IMG/VR virus record: IMGVR_UViG_2630968800_000001
Length of the DNA: 49,775 bases
Strand: one strand, 5' to 3'
From: a virus
Taxonomy: Duplodnaviria; Heunggongvirae; Uroviricota; Caudoviricetes
The notes beneath the pieces are model-generated. The model was not told the origin of the DNA and searched no databases. It saw nothing but the letters and a program-made list of their open reading frames with translations. Position numbers and translations under genes: made by a program. Numbering within the stretch: the stretch's first letter is position 1; the number at the start of each line of letters is the position of its first letter. Positions 1 through 10,696 of this stretch are shown one piece after another.

Positions 1-561
1 TCAAAACTGAAAGCGCATCCAGGCAAAGTACACATTGCCATTGTTGTAGGTACCCGGAATGTAGGTCATCTGAAAAGTCACTGGGCCATAACCCACGGAG
101 GCCAATGGCAGTAGAACCGGGAGAGGGATGTAATTCCAGTTATCGCGTGCCGTTACGCCAGCGGTGAATCCCAGACCTAAATGAAAATTTTCATCCGCCA
201 GCGGTCGCCAGGTACTTTCCCATCCGTATCCGGCAATCGGTTCCCATTTGTTCCACGAGTCCTTAAATGCCATGGCATACAGGCCATGCCAGTTTCCTTT
301 TTCATCCCAACGCGACAGGCCAAAACCGCCACCCCACGGTCGCTCGTTATAGCGATCGGTTTTTTCTTTGTCGTAAGCGAAACGTGCATGCCAGGTGATG
401 GCAGGAATATATAAATCATAATGTTCAGGCTGTTGCCAGGTTTGTGCAATATTTTCTCTAAACGTTGTCATCCTCTCATCTGCGTTAGCAAAAACTTTAC
501 CAACGCTGATTAACTGAATAAAAACAAAGGAAAAGATAGCGACATATTTACTCACGTTCAT
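1..561 (-). CDS. pagP: lipid A palmitoyltransferase PagP (CrcA)
   Basis: ORF translation from internal Met ([14 protein letters not shown]...YFAWMRFQF, 186 aa) recognised as PagP; ATG at 559-561, stop at 1-3. Confidence 0.93.
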   Translation of the reverse strand: MNVSKYVAIFSFVFIQLISVGKVFANADERMTTFRENIAQTWQQPEHYDLYIPAITWHARFAYDKEKTDRYNERPWGGGFGLSRWDEKGNWHGLYAMAFKDSWNKWEPIAGYGWESTWRPLADENFHLGLGFTAGVTARDNWNYIPLPVLLPLASVGYGPVTFQMTYIPGTYNNGNVYFAWMRFQF

Positions 562-1149
562 TTGTGACCATAAAACATTTATCAAAAATCTACTACTAGC
601 ATAGCAAAGCTACAATTAACATAACCTTAATAGACCCAACATAAAGAATAATCTGAATAGCTGCTCTATTTATTTCCGCTTGTTCAAGTTAAATATTTCC
701 GCGCATCGATTAAAGATGATGCGTCGTTTTCTGCGATGGGAATAGTCAAAAAAGAAAAACCAAGTCTTTTTTGATGACAAAATGCAATCAAGGAAAAATT
801 ATTTTATTTTTTTAACGAGATACAACAATCATCTTAACGAAGTATATAATATATATCGTCAACCCATGCTCATATTAGATTATTTTTTGAGCGCACAGCC
901 GCAGCTAACACCATTGCAATTAACAAATTTGCATCAATCCACCATCAATTTACACACATTATTATGTGATAATTGCCAACCGCTAAATATGCGTTTTGTT
1001 ATCTATGTATAAAAACAGCAACTTCAATGTCTTAATGGCAGTTTTTCTTGATTTTAATCAGCATTCATCGCCAATTTATTGGGCATATTTTTTCCTTAAG
1101 CTTTAGGAAGTTTTTATTATTTACTTTGGGCCTGGAGACAGGAAAAATT

Positions 1150-2535
1150 ATGCTGACATTCATTGAACTCCTTATTGGGGTTGTGGTTATTGTGGGTGTG
1201 GCTCGCTACATCATTAAAGGGTATTCCGCCACTGGTGTGTTATTTGTCGGTGGCCTGTTATTGCTGATTATCAGTGCCATTATGGGGCACAAAGTGTTAC
1301 CGTCCAGCCAGGCTTCAACAGGCTACAGCGCCACGGATATCGTTGAATACGTTAAAATATTACTAATGAGCCGCGGCGGCGACCTCGGCATGATGATTAT
1401 GATGCTGTGTGGCTTTGCCGCTTACATGACCCATATCGGCGCGAATGATATGGTGGTCAAGCTGGCGTCAAAACCATTGCAGTATATTAACTCCCCTTAC
1501 CTGCTGATGATTGCCGCCTATTTTGTTGCTTGTCTGATGTCACTGGCCGTCTCTTCCGCAACCGGTCTGGGTGTTTTGCTGATGGCAACCCTGTTTCCGG
1601 TGATGGTAAACGTTGGTATCAGTCGTGGCGCAGCAGCTGCCATTTGTGCCTCCCCGGCGGCGATTATTCTCGCACCGACTTCAGGGGATGTGGTGCTGGC
1701 GGCGCAGGCTTCCGAAATGTCGCTGATTGACTTCGCCTTCAAAACGACGCTGCCTATCTCAATTGCTGCAATTATCGGCATGGCGATCGCCCACTTCTTC
1801 TGGCAACGTTATCTGGATAAAAAAGAGCACATCTCTCATGAAATGTTAGATGTCAGTGAAATCACCACCACTGCCCCCGCGTTTTATGCCATTTTGCCGT
1901 TCACGCCGATCATCGGTGTACTGATTTTTGACGGTAAATGGGGTCCGCAATTACACATCATCACTATTCTGGTGATTTGTATGCTGATTGCCTCCATTCT
2001 GGAGTTCCTCCGCAGCTTTAATACCCAGAAAGTTTTCTCTGGTCTGGAAGTGGCTTATCGCGGGATGGCAGATGCGTTTGCTAACGTGGTGATGCTGCTG
2101 GTTGCCGCTGGGGTATTCGCTCAGGGGCTTAGCACCATCGGCTTTATTCAAAGTCTGATTTCTATCGCTACCTCGTTTGGTTCGGCGAGTATCATCCTGA
2201 TGCTGGTATTGGTGATTCTGACCATGCTGGCGGCAGTCACGACCGGTTCAGGCAATGCGCCGTTTTATGCGTTTGTTGAGATGATCCCGAAACTGGCGCA
2301 CTCTTCCGGCATTAACCCGGCGTATTTGACTATCCCGATGCTGCAGGCGTCAAACCTGGGTCGTACCCTATCACCCGTTTCTGGCGTAGTCGTTGCGGTT
2401 GCCGGGATGGCGAAAATCTCACCATTTGAAGTCGTAAAACGCACCTCGGTGCCGGTGCTTGTTGGGCTAGTGATTGTTATCGTTGCTACAGAGCTGATGG
2501 TGCCAGGAACGGCAGCAGCGGTCACAGGCAAGTAA
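1150..2535 (+). CDS. dcuC: anaerobic C4-dicarboxylate transporter DcuC
   Basis: 461-aa polytopic membrane protein starting MLTFIELLIGVV..., recognised as DcuC; ATG at 1150 inside the longer track ORF. Confidence 0.93.
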   Translation: MLTFIELLIGVVVIVGVARYIIKGYSATGVLFVGGLLLLIISAIMGHKVLPSSQASTGYSATDIVEYVKILLMSRGGDLGMMIMMLCGFAAYMTHIGANDMVVKLASKPLQYINSPYLLMIAAYFVACLMSLAVSSATGLGVLLMATLFPVMVNVGISRGAAAAICASPAAIILAPTSGDVVLAAQASEMSLIDFAFKTTLPISIAAIIGMAIAHFFWQRYLDKKEHISHEMLDVSEITTTAPAFYAILPFTPIIGVLIFDGKWGPQLHIITILVICMLIASILEFLRSFNTQKVFSGLEVAYRGMADAFANVVMLLVAAGVFAQGLSTIGFIQSLISIATSFGSASIILMLVLVILTMLAAVTTGSGNAPFYAFVEMIPKLAHSSGINPAYLTIPMLQASNLGRTLSPVSGVVVAVAGMAKISPFEVVKRTSVPVLVGLVIVIVATELMVPGTAAAVTGK

Positions 2536-2543
2536 ATAGTAAT

Positions 2544-2569
2544 GCCGGAGGCAAGTTTCCTCCGGCTTT
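2544..2569. terminator. bidirectional stem-loop between convergent dcuC and dpiA
   Basis: GCCGGAGG-caagttt-CCTCCGGC hairpin followed by TTTA, lying between the two stop codons. Confidence 0.55.
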
Positions 2570-2575
2570 ATCATG

Positions 2576-2917
2576 TCACCCACTGTGGTATATGCGTTGT
2601 GGTCTGCCAACTTTGCCGTGAACAATTTCAGCAATAATCAGATGGCGGCTGGCGCAATATTCAAGATAACGCCTGGCAGTGGTGCGGCTGATGGTCAGTG
2701 CCTGCGCCACCGTTTCTGCCGTATGTTGCACACCAGGCTCTTTAAACAGTTTTCGCACCGCGTTTAGCGTCAAGGGGTCAATGCCGGTCGGCAGTTCGTC
2801 TTTGGGTTCACCGCGAGCATAGGCATTAAACATCTCATCAATTTGCTTCTGGCTGGCGCTATCAATACTTTCCAGCATATGTTTACGCTGGCGGAAACGG
2901 GTTAGCGTTTGCCCCAG
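2576..2917 (-). pseudogene. dpiA: response regulator DpiA (CitB), C-terminal 113 codons only
   Basis: Translation ...RFRQRKHMLESIDSASQ...GRPQRIYHSG matches the DpiA C-terminal half; homology stops at 2917 where the Mu-type terminus begins. Confidence 0.88.
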
Positions 2918-3254
2918 TGTATTGATTCACTTGAAGTACGAAAAAACCGGGAGAACATTGGATTATTCGGGATCTGATGGGATTAGATTTGGTGGGGCTT
3001 GCAAGCCTGTAGTACAAATTTTAGGCGTTAACCAATGAAACGCGAAAGATAGTAAAAAATTGCTTTTGTTTCATTGAAAAAACGAAAAACAAAAACACTA
3101 TAAATCATTTCAATCATAGCTTCAAAAAACGTTCAAAACCGATAACAACCAGGCTGTCACCAAATGACTCATATCACAAATCAGCTCATGCCGTTTAGGT
3201 ATGTTACATGTGTGATTATGTGAGGTGAAGTATGTTTTAGCTGGCTCATGGTTG

Positions 3255-3764
3255 TTATACGGCTTTTTTCGCATCTTGTGGTTCCAACAAAGGAGCTACA
3301 GGCTCTTCCTGTTTATGAACACCATACATTGACAAAATCTCTTGGCGAGTTTCTGGAGGTAATTTATGCAGCGCCAAAGCTGTTTGTAGTGTTTGGCGAT
3401 CAATACCCAGCGTTGCCAATAGGGTGTCAACGGAGATGGAGGGGCGTTCTTGCATTAATCCGGAAAGCCCATATTTAGCCATGTTTAGCTCTATCTCTCG
3501 GACTTCATTTTCTCCTAGTTTATTGATTAACAGGGAGAACATTTTCAATGTATCAGCATTCATTTCTTCGATAGCAATTTTTTGCATAGCCGGTATTGCC
3601 GGGATATATTCAACCCCAGGCCCGCGACGCCCTTCTTGTGAACGCTTCGGCCATCCTTCTTTCTTTGCTCGTTTATGCACCCCCTGTATTGTCCCAGGCA
3701 TTCCATCCAGTTCAGTAATTTGTTTGGGTGTCATCCACTGGTTTATCTCATTTGCGCTTTTCAT
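3255..3764 (-). CDS. Mu-type repressor c (diverged, D108-like)
   Basis: 169-aa leftward ORF with C-terminus ...RQEILSMYGVHKQEEPVAPLLEPQDAKKAV resembling Mu repressor c; position and orientation as in Mu. Confidence 0.7.
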   Translation of the reverse strand: MKSANEINQWMTPKQITELDGMPGTIQGVHKRAKKEGWPKRSQEGRRGPGVEYIPAIPAMQKIAIEEMNADTLKMFSLLINKLGENEVREIELNMAKYGLSGLMQERPSISVDTLLATLGIDRQTLQTALALHKLPPETRQEILSMYGVHKQEEPVAPLLEPQDAKKAV

Positions 3765-3935
3765 AAACTAAGTTTACCAGATTTATCTATATAAAAATCA
3801 ATGGATTACAAAATAAACCACATTAACTGATATAAACCGGTTTGGTTTATTTGGTAATGTATAAAACAGATAATCAAGACGAATTATTTGTTTTGGTAAC
3901 CCTTTATCATACGCAATATGGTTGGTGTGCGAAAG

Positions 3936-4172
3936 ATGAGTAACGATTGGCATCGGGCCGACGTGATTGCGGCCCTCAAAAAAACAGGAACCCCTCTGGC
4001 AAAATTGTCCAGACGTTCAGGTTATTCAACCGGGACGCTTGCAAATGCATTAGTCAGGCCATGGCCTAAAGGTGAACGCATTATTGCTGACGCCTTAAAC
4101 ATGAAACCTGAGGAAATTTGGCCTAGTAGATATCTAAGGGATCACAATGAGAGAGTGGATATCAGCAATTGA
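3936..4172 (+). CDS. ner: Ner-like DNA-binding transcriptional regulator
   Basis: [16 protein letters not shown]...TLANAL...WPKGE...IWPSRY matches the Mu Ner / Nlp family. Confidence 0.8.
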
Positions 4173-5778
4173 ATGCATGGGTTTATCTGGTTTACCTGGT
4201 TCATTAATGGGGGTTCACAAAAGAGCTCAGAGAGAAGGATGGCTCAAGAGAAGAAGAGAAGGAATTAGAGGGGTTGCTTACGAATACCATATATCTTCTC
4301 TTCCTAACATTGCTCGAGCTGAAGTTTTGCTCCAACAAGGAAAATTTAAAACCAGTCAGGGATGTTTTGAAATCGCCCGCCCCACGCTGGAAGCTCATGA
4401 TTATGATCGTGAGGCACTATGGAGCAAATGGGATAAAGCCAGCGATTCCCAGCGCAGCCTGGCTGAAAAATGGTTGCCCTCAATTCAGGCCACAGACGAA
4501 ATGCTGAACCAGGGGATTTCAACGAAAACGGCTTTTGCGACCGTTGCAGGGCATTACCAGGTCAGCGCATCCACTTTGCGGGACAAGTATTACCAGGTAC
4601 AGAAGTTTGCGAAGCCTGACTGGGCGGCTGCACTTGTTGATGGACGTGGAGCATCCCGTCGCAATGTTCACAAAAGTGAATTTGACGAGGATGCCTGGCA
4701 GTTTCTGATTGCAGATTATCTGCGACCGGAAAAACCCGCCTTCCGCAAATGTTATGAGCGTCTGGAACTGGCAGCCCGCGAGCATGGCTGGAGTATTCCC
4801 TCCCGTGCCACGGCCTTTCGCCGGATTCAGCAACTGGACGAGGCAATGGTTGTTGCCTGTCGTGAAGGTGAACATGCACTGATGCATCTGATACCGGCAC
4901 AGCAGCGAACTGTGGAACACCTGGACGCCATGCAGTGGATCAACGGCGACGGTTATCTGCATAACGTCTTTGTACGCTGGTTTAACGGTGATGTGATCCG
5001 TCCGAAAACATGGTTCTGGCAGGATGTGAAAACCCGAAAAATTCTGGGCTGGCGCTGCGATGTGAGCGAGAACATTGATTCAATTCGCCTCTCGTTCATG
5101 GATGTTGTGACTCGCTACAGTATCCCGGAGGATTTTCACATCACCATTGATAACACCCGTGGTGCTGCGAATAAATGGCTGACGGGAGGCGCGCCCAATC
5201 GCTACCGCTTTAAGGTAAAAGAGGACGATCCAAAAGGACTGTTTTTACTGATGGGTGCGAAAATGCACCGGACAAGCGTTGTTGCCGGTAAAGGCTGGGG
5301 CCAGGCAAAACCTGTTGAACGTGCTTTCGGTGTTGGTGGGCTTGAGGAATACGTTGATAAGCATCCGGCACTGGCTGGCGCATATACGGGGCCAAATCCG
5401 CAGGCAAAACCTGATAACTATGGCGACCACGCTGTTGATGCAGAGCTGTTTCTGAAAACCTTTGCCGAAGGTGTGGCGATGTTCAATGCCAGAACAGGCC
5501 GTGAAACAGAAATGTGCGGGGGCAAACTCTCGTTTGATGATGTTTTCGAGCGTGAATACGCCAGAACGATTGTGCGTAAGCCAACCGAAGAACAAAAACG
5601 GATGCTGTTACTGCCTGCCGAGGCGGTGAACGTTTCACGCAAAGGCGAGTTTACGCTTAAAGTTGGCGGCTCCCTTAAAGGCGCGAAAAACGTTTATTAC
5701 AACATGGCATTAATGAATGCCGGAGTGAAAAAAGTTGTGGTCAGATTTGATCCACAGCAGTTACACAGCACGGTTTAT
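4147..5778 (+). pseudogene. Mu-type transposase A, 3'-truncated by IS600
   Basis: 544 codons; from [21 protein letters not shown] to [14 protein letters not shown] near-identical to MuA as recalled, N-terminal domain diverged; stop codon TGA is the first 3 nt of IS600. Confidence 0.88.
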
Positions 5779-5842
5779 TGAGATAGCCTGAGTTTAACGG
5801 ACACTCCTTCCTGAAATAGAATGGCATCAGAAGGAGCTAATA

Positions 5843-6145
5843 ATGAGCAGAAAAACCCAACGTTACTCTAAAGAGTTCAAAGCCGAAGCTGTCAGAACGG
5901 TTCTTGAAAATCAACTTTCGATCAGTGAAGGCGCTTCCCGATTATCCCTTCCTGAAGGCACTTTAGGACAATGGGTTACCGCCGCCAGAAAAGGGCTCGG
6001 TACTCCTGGTTCCCGCACGGTGGCTGAACTGGAATCTGAAATTCTGCAACTGCGTAAGGCGTTAAATGAAGCTCGCCTTGAGCGCGATATATTAAAAAAA
6101 GCAACAGCGTATTTTGCACAGGAGTCGCTGAAAAATACGCGTTAA
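5843..6145 (+). CDS. IS600 OrfA (HTH transposase subunit)
   Basis: MSRKTQRYSKEFKAEAVRTV... 100 aa, typical IS3-family OrfA. Confidence 0.85.
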   Translation: MSRKTQRYSKEFKAEAVRTVLENQLSISEGASRLSLPEGTLGQWVTAARKGLGTPGSRTVAELESEILQLRKALNEARLERDILKKATAYFAQESLKNTR

Positions 6146-6180
6146 TCGAACAATGGCGACAACAATTTCCCATTGAAGCG

Positions 6181-6999
6181 ATGTGTCAGGTATTTGGTGT
6201 ATCCAGGAGCGGTTATTACAACTGGGTACAGCATGAACCCTCAGACAGAAAACAAAGTGATGAGCGGCTAAAACTGGAGATTAAGGTGGCACATATCCGC
6301 ACTCGCGAAACATATGGAACCCGGCGGCTCCAGACGGAGCTGGCAGAGAATGGCATCATCGTTGGTCGTGACCGACTGGCATGTCTTCGTAAGGAGCTGA
6401 GGCTACGCTGTAAGCAGAAACGCAAGTTCAGAGCGACTACGAACCCGAACCACAATCTGCCAGTTGCGCCAAATCTGCTGAACCAGACGTTCGCTCCTAC
6501 AGCACCAAATCAGGTCTGGGTGGCGGACCTGACGTATGTTGCCACACAGGAGGGATGGTTGTACCTCGCTGGCATCAAAGATGTTTATACGTGCGAAATT
6601 GTCGGCTACGCCATGGGAGAGCGCATGACAAAAGAGCTGACAGGTAAAGCCCTGTTTATGGCGCTCAGGAGCCAGCGCCCACCTGCCGGGCTAATCCACC
6701 ACTCTGATCGAGGTTCACAGTACTGCGCATACGATTACCGGGTCATACAGGAGCAGTCTGGTCTGAAAACATCAATGTCGCGTAAAGGTAACTGTTACGA
6801 CAACGCTCCGATGGAAAGCTTCTGGGGAACGCTGAAAAATGAGAGCCTGAGCCACTATCGTTTTAATAACCGGGATGAAGCCATCTCAGTAATACGGGAA
6901 TACATTGAGATTTTCTACAATCGTCAGCGTCGTCACTCTCGTCTGGGGAATATCTCCCCGGCAGCCTTCAGGGAAAAATATCATCAGATGGCTGCTTAA
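6181..6999 (+). CDS. IS600 OrfB (DDE integrase-core)
   Basis: 272 aa with DDE-type motifs (HSDRGSQY, NAPMESFWGTLK). Confidence 0.85.
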   Translation: MCQVFGVSRSGYYNWVQHEPSDRKQSDERLKLEIKVAHIRTRETYGTRRLQTELAENGIIVGRDRLACLRKELRLRCKQKRKFRATTNPNHNLPVAPNLLNQTFAPTAPNQVWVADLTYVATQEGWLYLAGIKDVYTCEIVGYAMGERMTKELTGKALFMALRSQRPPAGLIHHSDRGSQYCAYDYRVIQEQSGLKTSMSRKGNCYDNAPMESFWGTLKNESLSHYRFNNRDEAISVIREYIEIFYNRQRRHSRLGNISPAAFREKYHQMAA

Positions 7000-7042
7000 A
7001 AAAAGAACAAATGGTAGTGTCCGCTATTGCCAGTACACCTCA

Positions 7043-7241
7043 ATTCTTTGGCATTTTTTACCTCGTTACGCGCGTCTGTGGCTTTGCCAACGGATACTTC
7101 CGCGTGCGCACGAGTGAACCAGTGCGTGGCAACGTCTTCCTCCACAACATGACGGCCTTTAACAAACTCGCGCCGAGAACCGTCGGGAAGCGTGAGCACA
7201 AACGGGGTATGTACGTGTATTACTGCATCATTTTTTGCCAT
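7043..7241 (-). pseudogene. small head-module ORF truncated by IS600
   Basis: ORF starts at 7241 (MAKNDAVIHVHTPFVL...) and after 66 native codons runs into the IS600 right end. Confidence 0.4.
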
Positions 7242-7282
7242 CGGGTCATCCTTAATGGCCCCGCCAGGGGGCCATGTGGCTG

Positions 7283-8224
7283 TTAAATGCCATCAACGTA
7301 CGAAATGGTTTCTTTGTACACTGGCTCGACTGCACCCAGCTTGCCGTAGTAAGTGACGATCTGATACAGACCGCGATACTGCACCGGCACGCTCTGAAGC
7401 GGAACCAGCGGGTAGCGGACGTATTTTTTATCGTTGGTGTACGCAACTATGCGATCCTTATTCCCCACACCACGGCCTTTCAGCCATTTAACCGCGCGGA
7501 TATTCAGCGGAACACCGTTCTGGTGATAGCTGATGGTGTTGGTCTGAAGGTTCGTCAACAGGGACTGGTTACCTGCAGATGAAACGATGATGCTGGACAA
7601 CAGAGCAAACTGCTCAGGCGGGATCAGCAAATCACGCGGAACCACAGAGTAACCAGAAGCGGCCCACGCATCAGACAGCACCTGGTTAATGCTTGCGCGG
7701 ATTTCGTCCGGTGTTGAGGTTGCCCACGTTTTGGCAGCGTTGTTGACAGGCACGCCGTCCAGGGTAACAAGGCCTTTCAGGTTTAATGCGGAATCGCCAA
7801 CATATACCTGTTCATCGTTATCCATCTGCCATTTCAGTTGCATACCGTCATACTTCTGCGTATCAATCGGGCGGCCGACCTGCTGAGCAGCCTGCAATTC
7901 TATGACCGTCCAGCCAAGTTCCATCCCCCACAGGTTCAGCGGGTTACCGGATTTGCCGATATCCACGTTCACGCCAGCAATAGCGGTTGAGTCTTTGCCT
8001 ACCCAGTTTTTTCCATTCGGATTTGCGCCAGTACCCGCAGCGGCGAAGCTGGTATTCGTCCAGCTGGAAATGTCATCTGCGATGGAGGCGTCTTCACGCA
8101 GTTGAATATCGCGGCTCCAGGTGTACCCCACCAGTGGCAGGTTCAGCGTCTGGTCGAGTCTCTCCAGCTCCCCGATGAGAAAGGCACCAGAGCTGTCAAC
8201 GGTTGCCTGATCAAAAGTAATCAT
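7283..8224 (-). CDS. phage major capsid protein
   Basis: 313-aa ORF directly downstream of scaffold/decoration genes in a TerL-portal-MuF-scaffold-MCP order; followed by a GC hairpin at 7257-7273. Confidence 0.6.
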   Translation of the reverse strand: MITFDQATVDSSGAFLIGELERLDQTLNLPLVGYTWSRDIQLREDASIADDISSWTNTSFAAAGTGANPNGKNWVGKDSTAIAGVNVDIGKSGNPLNLWGMELGWTVIELQAAQQVGRPIDTQKYDGMQLKWQMDNDEQVYVGDSALNLKGLVTLDGVPVNNAAKTWATSTPDEIRASINQVLSDAWAASGYSVVPRDLLIPPEQFALLSSIIVSSAGNQSLLTNLQTNTISYHQNGVPLNIRAVKWLKGRGVGNKDRIVAYTNDKKYVRYPLVPLQSVPVQYRGLYQIVTYYGKLGAVEPVYKETISYVDGI

Positions 8225-8368
8225 TCGTCTGTTCCTTAAATCTTCCAGGAAATTTCTGCATTGCCGTCAGCATCACCGGCACCTGTGAATTCAGCGTTGG
8301 TCAGCACCACGTTTTTGCCACTGACTGACGTGGACATGAATCCACCCAGAGGCACTTTGATGGATTCA

Positions 8369-8725
8369 TCAGTGGAGATCGCCTTTTTTGATAGTGCTGG
8401 CATCAAAATCAGAACCGAGATTAACGGTCACGTAGCCACGCTTCATGGCGTCGCCCGGGAAGTTCTTGCCTGTTCCCACCTGGCGAACCATGTCCGGCTG
8501 CGACGTGGTCGGATAAGGGCGCACGTAGATCCCCTTCACCTTGTCTGCGGTATCACCATCTGCCAGCGGCACGAAAAAACCGTCATCATCGTATTTACCA
8601 GCCAGGCCATAGGCAGCGAAGGCGTTATCGGATTTAAGGACCACCGGTTCGACGGTTAAGTCCTGCGGGCGAGAGACAGCCCCGGCAATGCCAACAGGCA
8701 TCCGGTACAGAAATACATTATTCAT
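8369..8725 (-). CDS. putative head decoration/structural protein
   Basis: 118-aa ORF between scaffold-like and capsid genes; function by position only. Confidence 0.3.
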   Translation of the reverse strand: MNNVFLYRMPVGIAGAVSRPQDLTVEPVVLKSDNAFAAYGLAGKYDDDGFFVPLADGDTADKVKGIYVRPYPTTSQPDMVRQVGTGKNFPGDAMKRGYVTVNLGSDFDASTIKKGDLH

Positions 8726-8728
8726 TTT

Positions 8729-9949
8729 TTACCCTTTACGGTTTGCCCAGAATTCAGCGTTTTGTTTGTTCAGGGAAGCGATACTGGTCATGCCCATGTT
8801 TAGGCGCTGTGCATCGCCGGTGGTGGCGCGGGTGTTTCGCCCTTTGGCAACCTCAGACACGGCATTAAACGCCATGTCGACCGATTGTTTCGGTAATTTG
8901 CGGATATCCGCATCACCGACTATCTGGCGAACCAGCGTTTTGTCAGCAGAAGCCAGAACCTCGCGTTTGAACGCGGTCGGTTTCATCTTACGGCTCAGAT
9001 CGATACCCGGAACGATAACTTCGGCACGCCAGGCTGAGTCACCAGTAATCGTGGTTTCCTCTTCATCGTCCTCGCCGTCACCGGTCGGATTATCGTCAGG
9101 CTTATTATCGTTATCGCCCGTGGCATTTCTTTCCAGCTTAGCCAGCAGGGCTTTCAGTAATGTTTTGAGGTCATCATCACTGTCGCCGGTTGGATCTCCG
9201 CCCATCTCTGGTGCTTTGTCCGGTAGTGGTTGCTGCGGGGACAGGTTGATGTTGAGATTAACGCCCTGCGGCAAATCCCCCTCATCTCCTGTAACCGATG
9301 CGGGAGCCGACTCCACCAGTTCGTTCATGGTGTCGGCATCTCCTGTCTTGATGGCCGCACGCATGCGGTTCCACCAGTTTTTCTTTTGATTTGCCATTGT
9401 GTCTCTGTCTCCAATTGCACAACGATTTCCGGCTCTGCCTTTAGGGACAAGAGCCACATGGTTTCCGGTAATATCGACCTGCTCGGCTTTACCTGGCTCG
9501 GTCTGCTCGTACTCCGCGTCATAGCCGCACGACACTTCGCGCAGGCCATCTTCGATAAGCTGAATGGCGCTTTCGTCTTTGACGATAAGGTCAGCCAGCA
9601 TCAAATCAGACTGCTCACCCGTCCCGCGCCGGACATTCTGGAGGTGCCCGACAGCAAGCACTTTCCAGTTCTCGGGATTTACCAGCCGCACATTCCCGTT
9701 TTCATCTTCAGGATGCAGGATCGTGATGCTCATCCCTTCGAATGAGGCAAGCGTGGCCGGATGGAATACCTGCTCAGGAGAACGCGTGACGACTATTTCA
9801 ACGAACTTATCGGGTTTCAGTTTTGGCAGGTCATCAGCACCATAGAGCTGCTTACCTGTTCGTCCTATCGGCACGTCTTTGCACAGCAACGAGCCGTCAG
9901 CCAGGCGGTATCGGGTTTCCCCGAGCCTGGTCTCAAAAAAGTATTTCAT
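8729..9949 (-). CDS. putative prohead scaffold/protease-like protein (DUF2213-type)
   Basis: 406 aa with a low-complexity acidic, D/G/T-rich centre, placed between MuF-like and capsid genes. Confidence 0.45.
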   Translation of the reverse strand: MKYFFETRLGETRYRLADGSLLCKDVPIGRTGKQLYGADDLPKLKPDKFVEIVVTRSPEQVFHPATLASFEGMSITILHPEDENGNVRLVNPENWKVLAVGHLQNVRRGTGEQSDLMLADLIVKDESAIQLIEDGLREVSCGYDAEYEQTEPGKAEQVDITGNHVALVPKGRAGNRCAIGDRDTMANQKKNWWNRMRAAIKTGDADTMNELVESAPASVTGDEGDLPQGVNLNINLSPQQPLPDKAPEMGGDPTGDSDDDLKTLLKALLAKLERNATGDNDNKPDDNPTGDGEDDEEETTITGDSAWRAEVIVPGIDLSRKMKPTAFKREVLASADKTLVRQIVGDADIRKLPKQSVDMAFNAVSEVAKGRNTRATTGDAQRLNMGMTSIASLNKQNAEFWANRKG

Positions 9950-9952
9950 GGG

Positions 9953-10696
9953 TTATGCTGCCCTTTTCATTGCGAATGGAACGCGAACAAACACGATCTC
10001 TTTATAGCAGCGGCAGTTTGGCAGCTCGCCCGCGTGGCCGGTCATGCCGTCCAAAGTTGGAGGTGAATCCCAGCGGACGAATTTACCTTTCATGTGATCG
10101 TGGGAATCTCGGACATCGCCATCATCGGCTGTACGCCAAATATAACCATCCGAGCCAATAGCTATCGCTCGGGCCATATCCAGCGCGCCCGTTGCTCTTC
10201 CCAGTTCCGTTCGGGCAATCAGATCGGCCCTAGACTTAGCAACATCGCCGGTAGATGCAATCTCTTTAGCAAACTGCTCCGCCCGACCACCGGTGACAAC
10301 AGCCTCTATCGCTTTGTTCTGGATGTCGTACACCCTGTCTGCGGCCTCGAGAGGCAGAGATTTGATGTACTTGACCTGTTCGGCGATGATGGATTGCATC
10401 ACCTGGCCCACAGGAGCGCTTTCCACAAGATTGCGGAGCTCGCGACTGATGTTCTTGCTGTGTTGCCGCCAAACTTTCTCGTTCTGCCGGGTTAGGTCCG
10501 CAGTAAAGTTTTCCGCGACCTTTGTCGCCCAGGGGGTGATGATTTCACTGTAACGCTCCAGCGCCGCAATAATTTCCGTGATACTGTCATTTGAACCATC
10601 GTAGCGACCATTTACGATGTCTCCGACCGCCCTCGCTATCCTGCGTAGGCTGGTTCGATACCGGATTTCCGCCTGACGGCTCCTGCGGTTCGTCAT
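9953..10696 (-). CDS. Mu F-like minor head (morphogenesis) protein
   Basis: C-terminal ...DGYIWRTADDGDVRDSHDHMKGKFVRWDSPP... typical of the Phage_Mu_F family; start ambiguous (overlaps portal 3' end). Confidence 0.7.
   Translation of the reverse strand: MTNRRSRQAEIRYRTSLRRIARAVGDIVNGRYDGSNDSITEIIAALERYSEIITPWATKVAENFTADLTRQNEKVWRQHSKNISRELRNLVESAPVGQVMQSIIAEQVKYIKSLPLEAADRVYDIQNKAIEAVVTGGRAEQFAKEIASTGDVAKSRADLIARTELGRATGALDMARAIAIGSDGYIWRTADDGDVRDSHDHMKGKFVRWDSPPTLDGMTGHAGELPNCRCYKEIVFVRVPFAMKRAA

Larger units (their letters stand above)
2918..5778 (+). mobile_element. Mu/D108-like transposable phage, left-end fragment (attL end, c, ner, A')
   Basis: Begins TGTATTGATTCACTTGAAGTACGAAAAAA, the characteristic Mu left terminus; gene order repressor(-)/ner(+)/A(+); ends at the IS600 junction. 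Confidence 0.85.
5779..7042 (+). mobile_element. IS600 (IS3 family), copy 1, 1264 bp
   Basis: Ends TGAGATAGCCTGAG...CCAGTACACCTCA; orfA/orfB with A7G slippery motif; near-identical to copy at 23648-24911; no target-site duplication. Confidence 0.85.

Noticed and set aside
782-1012. 76-aa ORF in the pagP-dcuC intergenic region
   Set aside because: Very AT-rich low-complexity translation in a divergent promoter region; not coding.
7283-8224. Considered calling the 313-aa capsid protein Mu gpT because a Mu-like fragment is nearby
   Set aside because: It sits in a TerS-TerL-portal-MuF module typical of lambdoid/P22-like heads and is separated from the Mu fragment by IS600; left as a generic major capsid protein.
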